A DNA stretch of 64,000 nt from a virus (taxonomy: Duplodnaviria; Caudoviricetes), in the IMG/VR virus record IMGVR_UViG_3300028886_000036, positions 211,467 to 275,466 of that record, one strand, 5' to 3'. The stretch's first letter is position 1. Every line of letters starts with the position of its first letter. Positions 28,027-36,681 of the stretch are shown here, in pieces. The notes beneath the pieces are model-generated. The model was not told where the DNA came from and made no database searches. It saw only the letters and a list, made by a program, of their open reading frames with translations. The position numbers and the translations under genes were made by a program.

Positions 28027-29697
28027 TTGGGAGTGGTAATTATGGATAATATTTTGGGAGAACTTAGACAGATTCTGGATAATAATAGAGAGTTTATGGG
28101 TAGTGAATTTTTGTCAGTGTATTCTAGATTGGTATTTGGTAAAAAGACTGATCCTACAGTATTGAAGTCAGCATCATATCTCTGTAAAGAATTTAAATAT
28201 TTTATTGAGAGAGTAAAAGATAAACAGAATACTATTGGAGTTACTCTTATTACTTTGGATTCTTTACAGCAGAAGATGTTACAGTATGTTAGTAAGAGTT
28301 TTAATAATAAAAGTAAAGTAATTGATGGAGATGTAGCTCTAGAGAAATATAAGAATTTTATTAATAACGATGTATCAATCAGTTATGAAGATAAGCAGAA
28401 AGCATTAAGTATTACCACTCAAGAAGATCTTCAGTTGGATGTAGTGAATGAAATCCAAACTAGTTTTTCTAATAAGAAATGTATGTTCAATTCATTAGGT
28501 CAGTATGAGATACTTAAGACTTTTATTAATAGTGGTTATAATGAATGTGAAAACTGGGGAGAATTTGTAGATAAGTTTCATAAGTTGTTAGGTACAGCAC
28601 TTTTGGATGTACAAGCTTATACTTATGATGCGGCTAATTCATTAGATCTATCTAGTATGACTATTGAAGATGTAGTTAATAATAATAATCAAGTCACCAA
28701 GATTAGTACTGGGTATAATATGTTTGATAAAGTACTTCAGGGTGGTTTTCAGAATCAAAGAGTGTATATGTTTGGTGGTATTTCTGGTGGTGGTAAATCT
28801 CTAGTATTGGTTAATTTTGCATTTAGAGCGAAGTTGTTTTTGGATAAGAAATATCCAAAAGAAGAAAGATCTAAACATACTGTATTGTATATTTCATTAG
28901 AGAATAGCACTAAAGAAACTGGTGATAGATTTATTTGTTGTGCATTGGGTCAATCTATTGCTCAAATTGAAAATGGGTTTAGTAGTTTGAAAGATCAGTA
29001 TAACTACAGCATTAAAGAAGTATTTAATCCAGATAATGCTAGAATCAATATCACATATAGACCAGCTAAAAGTATCGATATCTATGATATCCAAACTATT
29101 ATTACCGATATTGAAAGAAGTACAAAAAGTAAAGTAGATATTTTGTTTGTGGATTATGCAGATAAAATGTCTGCAGTGAATGCGTCTAAATCAGATCAAG
29201 AATGGAGAGATCTTGGTTATATTGTTGATGAATTGAAATCATTATCTATTTCATTGGATATCCCGGTAGTTACAGTTACACAGCTTAATAGAGAAACTTA
29301 TAAGGGGAAAGGCAAAGGTAATGAGTTCAGTATTAATGGTGGTAATATCTCTGGTTCAATTAGAAAAAGAGAGAATGTTGACTTCTTTACTATCTTCAAC
29401 TTCAAAGCCAAAGAAGAAGAAGAAATCAGTATGAATGATAATCCTGATGAAGTCTTTGATGATAGAAAAGATGTTATGAAACCAATTGAACCAGTATATT
29501 GTATAGTTGATAAAAACAGAATGGGCCCAGATAATCTGAAGTTCCAAGTATATATTGATTATCCAACTTACAGAATGCTTAATTACCCAAGTGAGAATAT
29601 TAGTACTAGTTTCTATCATAATGGCAGTATTGAAAAAGTTATGATTGATGAAGATGAAAGTAAGCTTGATGAAAAATTAAGAGATACAATGCTTTAA
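28027..29697 (+). CDS. replicative SF4 helicase (DnaB/gp41-like)
   Basis: GISGGGKS, YISLEN, FVDYAD, VTVTQLNR and DKNRMG. Confidence 0.9.
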   Translation: MGVVIMDNILGELRQILDNNREFMGSEFLSVYSRLVFGKKTDPTVLKSASYLCKEFKYFIERVKDKQNTIGVTLITLDSLQQKMLQYVSKSFNNKSKVIDGDVALEKYKNFINNDVSISYEDKQKALSITTQEDLQLDVVNEIQTSFSNKKCMFNSLGQYEILKTFINSGYNECENWGEFVDKFHKLLGTALLDVQAYTYDAANSLDLSSMTIEDVVNNNNQVTKISTGYNMFDKVLQGGFQNQRVYMFGGISGGGKSLVLVNFAFRAKLFLDKKYPKEERSKHTVLYISLENSTKETGDRFICCALGQSIAQIENGFSSLKDQYNYSIKEVFNPDNARINITYRPAKSIDIYDIQTIITDIERSTKSKVDILFVDYADKMSAVNASKSDQEWRDLGYIVDELKSLSISLDIPVVTVTQLNRETYKGKGKGNEFSINGGNISGSIRKRENVDFFTIFNFKAKEEEEISMNDNPDEVFDDRKDVMKPIEPVYCIVDKNRMGPDNLKFQVYIDYPTYRMLNYPSENISTSFYHNGSIEKVMIDEDESKLDEKLRDTML

Positions 29698-29745
29698 GAG
29701 AATAAAATAAAAAGGCCGCGATGTAGCTGCGGCCTTTTTCCATTT

Positions 29746-30402
29746 TTACTCCTTAATAATCAACTTCCCGATTGCTGATTCTCCGCGAAACATAGTACGG
29801 AATGTCCGAGACAGAATTCCATAATTTCCGCACTCATTCGTGTCTGGAAACACTGACCAGCAGAATCCTGGAACATCCAATTTTAAGTCTTTAGAGTGAT
29901 CATCAAGACGGAATACCTTTGAGACCTGTGTATAGGTATCCTTTTCTGGAACCCATGTCTCCACGGAAGTTCTCGGGCACCACAGATTGGAGGCATCGTA
30001 TTCCTCCTCCGTTTCGTAATGCCCTTTGATCGTTCCTGTCTTTACTTTCCGACCATACGTGACGTATACTCCGCTATTTGGGCCGATCTTGATTTCGACC
30101 CCCAAAAATAGTCCGTTCCTTTCAATGCAATATGGTTCGTATAACGGGAGCGGTTTAACGTCGGGCCATACCGCGCCATCTCGTAATGTGACTGGAATGT
30201 CCGGGATTTCCACCCGGAATTCCTCCGGGGCCATGAATCGCCCCAGTGTCTCCCAGTATGGCGCAGATACTGCATCACCCAGTATTTCTTCAAACGGATA
30301 AAACTTAAAGTATTTCACTATCATTGTGGCTTTCATTTTGTCATCCTCCGAGGGCAGTTGCCCAAAAACGCAGAGCCAGTTGTTAAGAGGATCTAGGATC
30401 AC
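29746..30402 (-). CDS. hypothetical protein (higher-GC cassette gene)
   Basis: Promoter motif at 30453; terminator at about 29709-29739. Confidence 0.75.
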   Translation of the reverse strand: MILDPLNNWLCVFGQLPSEDDKMKATMIVKYFKFYPFEEILGDAVSAPYWETLGRFMAPEEFRVEIPDIPVTLRDGAVWPDVKPLPLYEPYCIERNGLFLGVEIKIGPNSGVYVTYGRKVKTGTIKGHYETEEEYDASNLWCPRTSVETWVPEKDTYTQVSKVFRLDDHSKDLKLDVPGFCWSVFPDTNECGNYGILSRTFRTMFRGESAIGKLIIKE

Positions 30403-30522
30403 TCTCCAAACCTAGCTGATGGACATTGATTATATGTCCTGTCACTGCCCTAATATATATACAAATGAAAATAGAAAAATAAATAAAAAGAAGACCTAAA
30501 TAGTATAGGTCTTCTTTTAATC

Positions 30523-30825
30523 TTATAACCAAAGAGTAAATTCTAAGTCATCTAACCTATAGATAATTTTACCTCTAGTTTGTGCTCCCTTTATCTTTTT
30601 TAGTTCAGTTTCTTCTTTTACTACGACATTATACTTTCCAGATATTTCTTCTTTAATCAGATCAGCATTAATTATAGACATATGGAAAGTACGATAATAC
30701 CATACTTTTATATACTTGTTTTCATCTTCAAGACAAAATAATGTAAACCAATCTTTATATTTACCACATATAACTGGAATTTCGTGCATATGTCGATTAC
30801 CCTGAGTTAACCCTAAACAACTCAT
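30523..30825 (-). CDS. hypothetical protein (cassette gene)
   Basis: GGAGGTG SD before the ATG at 30825; motif at 30862. Confidence 0.7.
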   Translation of the reverse strand: MSCLGLTQGNRHMHEIPVICGKYKDWFTLFCLEDENKYIKVWYYRTFHMSIINADLIKEEISGKYNVVVKEETELKKIKGAQTRGKIIYRLDDLEFTLWL

Positions 30826-30936
30826 AACAAACACCTCCAAAGAGATTAAGATACTTTCATTATATACTTATGAATAAAGCATAGACTAAATAAAAAGAAG
30901 ACCCTAAACTTCAGGGCCTTCTTTTTAATATTATAG

Positions 30937-31131
30937 TTACTTCTCGTTCTTAACGCGTTCGATACGTAAGCCTTTCAAGCAATCCCACAATTTCGGGGAA
31001 TACTCTGATTTATAGCTACTTACGAAAATAGCGTGCCGGATGCAATATATGATTGCTTCCGGCACCCGAAACAATCCGCAGCCAACAACGTGTGCTGCGG
31101 ACAACCCGCAATCGATACTAACGTTAAACAT
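30937..31131 (-). CDS. small hypothetical protein (cassette gene)
   Basis: GGAGGT SD before the ATG at 31131 (MFNVSID...). Confidence 0.65.
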   Translation of the reverse strand: MFNVSIDCGLSAAHVVGCGLFRVPEAIIYCIRHAIFVSSYKSEYSPKLWDCLKGLRIERVKNEK

Positions 31132-31136
31132 CGTAT

Positions 31137-31223
31137 ACCTCCACCTGCCCGAGATAAGACAGTGGGTTAACCAGGTTAACCTCTGTCGAACTGCGTTTTG
31201 CAGTTTCTCTGAAAGCAGATTCA
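31137..31223 (-). ncRNA. conserved structured 5' leader RNA, copy 2
   Basis: Homologous to 12575-12662. Confidence 0.7.
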
Positions 31224-31276
31224 CTGTCCTAATATATATACAAACAGAAATTGGTTATAGAACCAATAATAAAAAC

Positions 31277-31343
31277 TTGATCAGATCAGATTCGAACTGA
31301 TGACCTTCACTAATGTGATACTCTACCTCTGAGCTACTGATCA
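31277..31343 (-). ncRNA. tRNA-like RNA (67 nt) with a truncated anticodon arm
   Basis: TGATCAG TA GCTC AGAGGTA GAGT A TCAC ATTA GTGA AGGTC ATCAG TTCGAAT CTGAT CTGATCA A. Confidence 0.8.
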
Positions 31344-31449
31344 CCCTCTCGGGAAAATATATAAAACTTAAATACGCTCTTTTAATATACATATAAACAA
31401 GAATTAAAAAGAAAACTCCTAGGTGTGTGCTAGGAGTTATAAATTGTTA

Positions 31450-31941
31450 TTATTTAATGAAGTCTTGTAAAGTAAAAGCTTTGGTATCAAGCTTTTCTTT
31501 GACAATCTTTTCTTCTTTTTCCTTTTCAAGACGAATTTGCTTTTTCATGAATCTGGCAATATCTTCTTCAGACTCAATATCATTAATAGACATATCTTTA
31601 GGATTATATTTCTCAATGGTTACATCCATATTAGGAAGTGCTATGAATGACCACCATTCAGATCCATCATACTCGGATCTTTTGAGATATGACTGGTCAT
31701 TAAATACTACTTGGCATCCAAGCCATACTACTTCGCATCCATAACCGTTGTAATAGTTAAAGTCTGAAGATATCCTTTCAAAATCTTCCCAAGAAACAGC
31801 TGTGGAAGGATCTTTATGAAAGAATTCTTTTTCCTTATTTTTAACTACCACATGATGCACGTCCTTAGGAGAATGCCCACTCTTTTCAATTGCTTGAATA
31901 GTTTCTTCAAGCAAATTGATGTTAGGCTTGTCATATGACAC
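31450..31941 (-). CDS. hypothetical phage protein (cassette gene)
   Basis: GGAGGTG SD; YNGYG...RSEYDGSEWW motif; promoter motif at 32017. Confidence 0.75.
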   Translation of the reverse strand: MSYDKPNINLLEETIQAIEKSGHSPKDVHHVVVKNKEKEFFHKDPSTAVSWEDFERISSDFNYYNGYGCEVVWLGCQVVFNDQSYLKRSEYDGSEWWSFIALPNMDVTIEKYNPKDMSINDIESEEDIARFMKKQIRLEKEKEEKIVKEKLDTKAFTLQDFIK

Positions 31942-32040
31942 ACTAACACCTCCAACAAAAGATATTTATTTTGAACTACTCTATTCACACACAAAAGAGT
32001 AGTAGATACTTAGTTAATATATTTATGAAAGACAGAGCAA

Positions 32041-32298
32041 AAAGAAACCTATGCCTAATGTTACAGCATAGTAAAGAAAACATATAGTTTTCTTTTCCGT
32101 GAAGGTTTCTATCTCCTATCCTTATAAGGACGGGCGCTTAGTCTCTGATACACCAAACGGGGTGAGTGTATCTTCACTTAAGCACCTACCTTATAGAGCA
32201 GGTTAGGAGATCCAACACGATACGCAGCTCAGCTAGCTTGCGCCTGAATCGGCAAGCTCAGAACTGAGTTACGCAGCCCCAGATTACTCATAGGACAC
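32041..32298 (-). ncRNA. candidate ~255-nt structured non-coding RNA
   Basis: Own promoter motif (32306); no ORF in the track; three long stem domains whose G-U pairs work only on the minus strand. Confidence 0.65.
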
Positions 32299-32390
32299 TC
32301 GTATAATATATATACAACCTGAATTAAGTTTTATACATTAGATAACAAAAAGAAACCCCACAGTCATCACGACGTTGGGTTTCTTTTATT

Positions 32391-32936
32391 TTAGCAAACT
32401 TTTACCTCCTTCTTTCTGGCGATCTTGCATGCCAGAGAACACCCCCAAAACAACATAAGGGCCACAGTAAGAAGTGTAGGTCTAATACTATTAACAGTCG
32501 CCCCAGTATATAACCACGTTGGGATTACTGACGCCAGAATATTCCAACTGCTGTGATTAATGTACCAGAAAACTTTCATACGCTTATTGCTATAATGGTA
32601 ATAGCACAACCCAGATGCCGCGTGAAGCAGCATCATTGGCAGTCTAAATACCATAAACAACCCGACTCCAAACCACGCGATCTGGTAGGAGTAGAGAAAA
32701 GCCTCGAAGAAAGCATAAACTACCGCTTCTTTCTTGCTGCTGCAGTGCCTCATCTTAAAGGATTCTTCTAACCATGGAACCCAAAGGCACATCACTACGG
32801 ATGTTACAATTCCAAACGCACTCATTGCTACGTAATAATGATTATTGATGCTATATACGCAGCCCCCTACAGCAACCCCCGCTACGATCAACGGCTTCCA
32901 CATGGTGCAAATGAAATCTTTGAGATACTGTTTCAT
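32391..32936 (-). CDS. multi-pass membrane protein (cassette gene)
   Basis: AGGAGG SD before the ATG at 32936; several hydrophobic segments. Confidence 0.75.
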   Translation of the reverse strand: MKQYLKDFICTMWKPLIVAGVAVGGCVYSINNHYYVAMSAFGIVTSVVMCLWVPWLEESFKMRHCSSKKEAVVYAFFEAFLYSYQIAWFGVGLFMVFRLPMMLLHAASGLCYYHYSNKRMKVFWYINHSSWNILASVIPTWLYTGATVNSIRPTLLTVALMLFWGCSLACKIARKKEVKVC

Positions 32937-33163
32937 AGTATCCCTCCTACTCCACCTGAGCAAATGCCAGGCCGACCCACTGGTCTGCACCTTGGCTAGA
33001 CACCGACCGATTCGGTGTGCTCTAATAGTAGAGTCACTTGCGTAATATATATACAACTAAAATTAAGTTCTAGCAAAAAGAAAAGTTCATTTCGTATACA
33101 GATAATAATTATTTTTGAACTATTCTTTTTTATTTCAGTCAAACATCCCTTAATTTAAATTAA

Positions 33164-33397
33164 CTACTTTTCATCTGGATATAATTCACCAGCTACAAAT
33201 ACTACAGTTTGATATCCAGTACTATTGATAACTATAAATGATCTGCCATCAAAAGTATAAGGATATCCACTATTAGAACTATCACTAACAGTATTGTTAT
33301 GTCTGTTATCATCTTTGTTCACCTTATAAAAGATGGTATCTCTGTAACTACTCATCTTCTTCATCCTCTTCAGGAGAACAAATCGTGATAGCTCCAA
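33164..33397 (-). CDS. small hypothetical protein
   Basis: Coupled downstream of 33348-33653; the true start is probably internal (MSSYRD). Confidence 0.55.
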   Translation of the reverse strand: MELSRFVLLKRMKKMSSYRDTIFYKVNKDDNRHNNTVSDSSNSGYPYTFDGRSFIVINSTGYQTVVFVAGELYPDEK

Positions 33398-33653
33398 TTG
33401 AATCTAATGGGACTATGTACTTATCATTTTCCATTATAAAGTCTTCATCAGACTCATCTGGAAAATAGATATTGATCTCAAGATGAAGTTCACCAATTAA
33501 ATTAGTGATAACTTCTCTCTTGGTATACATACCCATTTTCTTTAATTCAGAGTATTCATCTTTAGAAAGCCTTATAATGCTTTCTTTCTGATGATTGCTC
33601 TCAATCAAAAACCTATTGTCCGCAAAGTTGTAGTAGTTGTAATTATAGTCCAT
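33348..33653 (-). CDS. hypothetical acidic protein (cassette gene)
   Basis: GAGGAGGT SD; long structured leader. Confidence 0.7.
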   Translation of the reverse strand: MDYNYNYYNFADNRFLIESNHQKESIIRLSKDEYSELKKMGMYTKREVITNLIGELHLEINIYFPDESDEDFIMENDKYIVPLDSIGAITICSPEEDEEDE

Positions 33654-33874
33654 TACAATCTACCTCCTCATATCGTACTCTCCTTTCAAAAGAGTAATAA
33701 AGTGTATAGTCTAATCTAAACGAAAAGACTTTTCTGAATGACTCAAACAAGCACTATTACTTGCTTGAATAAATCAGTGGATTAGACTGACTTACACTTA
33801 TGAAATATATATGTATGTGAGAAGTTAATAAAAAATATAGTGGGCGCATAGACTCCCACTATATTTCTGTAAAA

Positions 33875-34348
33875 CTACTCGTCTACGATGTCACACAACT
33901 TATCATACATCATATCAAGTACTTCTAAATCCTTTTGAGCATTAACCATTTTTAAGATATCATTTCTCACTTCCTCTATTTTCTTATTCAATTCAGATTC
34001 TGTAAACCTATATCCGAGCAGATCTAATACTAAACATTTTTTCTCATCATTAAGCGCATACTGCCATAATACATACTTCCACTGATTAAACTTCACACAA
34101 TTCCAATGAGGCTCGTCATCAGCTGCCTCGATATAACTAAGCCTTGGAATATCGAACATATCCTTAAGTATTTCATTAGTTGATACACGAACACTTACAT
34201 CCTCTTTAGAGAAGTCCTTAATAAGTTCGGATGGTTTGTTATATACTCGAACATCTACACCCATCTTATCAAGAGCTTTCTTAACCTTCTCCCACGGTGT
34301 TTCGTAGAACATCTTCTTTTCCCACTCGCGCTTTACATAGTCATACAT
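33875..34348 (-). CDS. hypothetical protein (cassette gene)
   Basis: AAGGAGG SD; motif at 34411. Confidence 0.75.
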   Translation of the reverse strand: MYDYVKREWEKKMFYETPWEKVKKALDKMGVDVRVYNKPSELIKDFSKEDVSVRVSTNEILKDMFDIPRLSYIEAADDEPHWNCVKFNQWKYVLWQYALNDEKKCLVLDLLGYRFTESELNKKIEEVRNDILKMVNAQKDLEVLDMMYDKLCDIVDE

Positions 34349-34494
34349 TTTAAACCCTCCTTAGGGTAAAATAGATATTGTCTTCCTATAAAAGGTAAGA
34401 CAGTATAATTATATACATATAAAGAAGAGAACTTTTATTTAGAGGATTCTCTTTTATAAAGATTTAGTTCTATTGATTGCTTAATAAAAATAAA

Positions 34495-34520
34495 GAGCAG
34501 TTTTACGTCATGCTCAGGAC
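34495..34520 (-). repeat. 26-nt 3'-end element (pseudoknot-like), copy 1
   Basis: GTCCTGAGCATGACGTAAAACTGCTC; 25/26 identical to 36367-36392. Confidence 0.8.
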
Positions 34521-34527
34521 AGGCTGG

Positions 34528-34824
34528 TTACTTGATGATCTTCAGAACTTCGTCCGCGATTTCTTCTGGACAGTCCTTAACTCCCACGGCTTCTCTGAAT
34601 TCGCTCAAGATTTGGCGCAGGTTCTCTGGCAAATGCCCGAGTTTCTCAAGGTCGTTGTAAATCTTCACTACAGAGAAATTGAAAACTTTCTCACCAAGCG
34701 CCTTTAAGAGCTCTTCATAAAGAGGGTAGTTTAAAGACTTAACCCACATATTGTGGGTTGTCTCTGAAGCAGTTCCCTTCAGCTCTTTGTGGATTACCAA
34801 GTACCACGTATACTGAATTGTCAT
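34528..34824 (-). CDS. hypothetical protein (cassette gene)
   Basis: GGAGGTG SD; motif at 34879. Confidence 0.7.
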   Translation of the reverse strand: MTIQYTWYLVIHKELKGTASETTHNMWVKSLNYPLYEELLKALGEKVFNFSVVKIYNDLEKLGHLPENLRQILSEFREAVGVKDCPEEIADEVLKIIK

Positions 34825-34936
34825 TTTTATCCACCTCCACGGTTAAGGGATGACATACCCTTGTAAGATATTCTATTAATATATATACACCCAGAATTAA
34901 AAAAAAAGAGAACCCTCATATAGAGGATTCTCTTCT

Positions 34937-35827
34937 TTATTTTTTAATAAACTTTATAACTTCTTTAGCAACCCATTCAGCAGTCTTTTCCATCATATAT
35001 TTTCTTGGGTCAGCATTCTTATATGAATCTAAATATACAGTACTGAACATATCTTTCTCAATCTTTTTAATAGGCAATACTTCATGATGTTCTCTATCTA
35101 AAGCATGACCTAATTCATGTGCAATAATAAAGATATACCAATCTTGCACAGAAGTCTGGTTAGCTTTCCAATAATTCCAAACTGCTTTATAGTCTGGATT
35201 AATATAGATCTTACCGTTATGACAGTATGACCCACCGGACCATCCTATTGGTTTACCTTTAACTATACTACCATCATTATAATGTGGAAATGGTGAGATA
35301 ACTAATTTGATATAAGATAAGTCTACGCCAAACATCTTATTGATTACTTTAACTACTATACTATAGCAAGTTTTAATTGTGTTTCTAACTGAAGGATTAA
35401 GTAATTGATCTACTATATAGTTACTCAATGAATCACAGTATGATTCTTCTTGTAAAGTACTAGTAGTACTATTTTGTATCTTAAGATCTATAGTGTAACT
35501 AGTTTGTATTATAGATACTTTAGGTCTAGTATAGTTATGATAAACTATATGAGCTAATTCATGAGCTATAAGATTATATAAAAATAATTTATAGTTTCTA
35601 ATTGATTGAAGTTTCTTAAACACTACTATTGGTCTAATACAAATTATTTCTGGATTGGTTTCCCAGCAAGCACATCCATCACTATCTTCATAACCACTAA
35701 TTGGTCTAGCCTTTTCATCTAATACCTGATTACTAAATATAAGTTGTACTTGAGATAGATCTATATTAAACTTAAGCTTATAATAGTGTTTAACTATATT
35801 AAAGATTTTAATAATCTTTTCTTTCAT
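34937..35827 (-). CDS. tandem two-domain zincin metallopeptidase-like protein
   Basis: IAHELAH and IAHELGH in two homologous halves. Confidence 0.75.
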   Translation of the reverse strand: MKEKIIKIFNIVKHYYKLKFNIDLSQVQLIFSNQVLDEKARPISGYEDSDGCACWETNPEIICIRPIVVFKKLQSIRNYKLFLYNLIAHELAHIVYHNYTRPKVSIIQTSYTIDLKIQNSTTSTLQEESYCDSLSNYIVDQLLNPSVRNTIKTCYSIVVKVINKMFGVDLSYIKLVISPFPHYNDGSIVKGKPIGWSGGSYCHNGKIYINPDYKAVWNYWKANQTSVQDWYIFIIAHELGHALDREHHEVLPIKKIEKDMFSTVYLDSYKNADPRKYMMEKTAEWVAKEVIKFIKK

Positions 35828-36306
35828 TGTGGTATACCATTAAAAGCTATTGATTTAGCTCTATATCTTACATCATCTGTAACTTCTTTACCAAACCAAT
35901 TGGGTGGGATAAATTGTTTAGCAGATCTTATATCTGGAAATTCTACTTCTACAGTGATAAGTCCTTTAGCATTACCACTATATATTGAGATACCAGCAAA
36001 TCCTATATCAACAACTGTTTTTGATAATGATGCTTTTGATACTTTTTTAAGTGAGTTATATTCTTCAGGAGTAAGCCTCTTTTCTATTTCGGTTCTAACC
36101 ATTCCATTACCGGATTTAATAGCCATTTTATAGATTACTCCATATCCCTGTATTTGGATCTTACTACATCTTAACTCACCAGAACCATCTATCAAAACAT
36201 AATTATGAACTAACTTATGTACAGATTCAATCTTAAATTGCTTAAGATTAGGTAATCTATCAATTACCCAGACCCTTTCTATTTCTTGGCCTGATTGAAA
36301 TGCCAT
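35824..36306 (-). CDS. CYTH-domain (triphosphate tunnel) protein
   Basis: EIER N-terminal motif, RTEIE, VEVEF and PNWFGKEVT. Confidence 0.85.
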   Translation of the reverse strand: MAFQSGQEIERVWVIDRLPNLKQFKIESVHKLVHNYVLIDGSGELRCSKIQIQGYGVIYKMAIKSGNGMVRTEIEKRLTPEEYNSLKKVSKASLSKTVVDIGFAGISIYSGNAKGLITVEVEFPDIRSAKQFIPPNWFGKEVTDDVRYRAKSIAFNGIPQ

Positions 36307-36366
36307 TTATAACAACTCCTTTATAGAGATTTAGTTCTACTATTTGTTCAATAAAAAATAAAAGAA

Positions 36367-36392
36367 GAGCAGTTTAACGTCATGCTCAGGAC
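36367..36392 (-). repeat. 26-nt 3'-end element (pseudoknot-like), copy 2
   Basis: GTCCTGAGCATGACGTTAAACTGCTC. Confidence 0.8.
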
Positions 36393-36398
36393 AATTTC

Positions 36399-36611
36399 TT
36401 AATAGGTTTCTTCCTCCACAAGCCCCTTGAAGTACACTACTTGCTGTTCACCGTATGCATTCCAGCTAAACGAATGTTTCTTCTTAGCTTCGTCAAGAGT
36501 ATTGAATGGACCGGCGATAAACACATCAGCGCTTGGTGCGGACATACCATTCGCTGAGGATGTACCAACAACGCAATACCATTTACTGCATTCTTTTTTG
36601 CTTCCGAACAT
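36399..36611 (-). CDS. small hypothetical protein (cassette gene)
   Basis: AGGAGG SD before the ATG at 36611 (MFGSKK...). Confidence 0.7.
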   Translation of the reverse strand: MFGSKKECSKWYCVVGTSSANGMSAPSADVFIAGPFNTLDEAKKKHSFSWNAYGEQQVVYFKGLVEEETY

Positions 36612-36681
36612 TTTATTTCCTCCTAAAGATAAGATTGCCCCACATAGTAAGGTTACTTTCTTAATATATTTATAAAAAAAT

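Noticed and set aside
32041-32298. tmRNA (GGGGCTG near the 5' end)
   Set aside because: There is no matching 3' acceptor/T-arm and no tag reading frame. It is kept as an unknown ncRNA.
32937-33056. N-terminal extensions of cassette ORFs in the ORF track (e.g. MYIYYAS..., MYIYTGV..., MNLLSEK...)
   Set aside because: They run through the promoter motif and leader RNA. Strong SDs mark downstream ATG starts.
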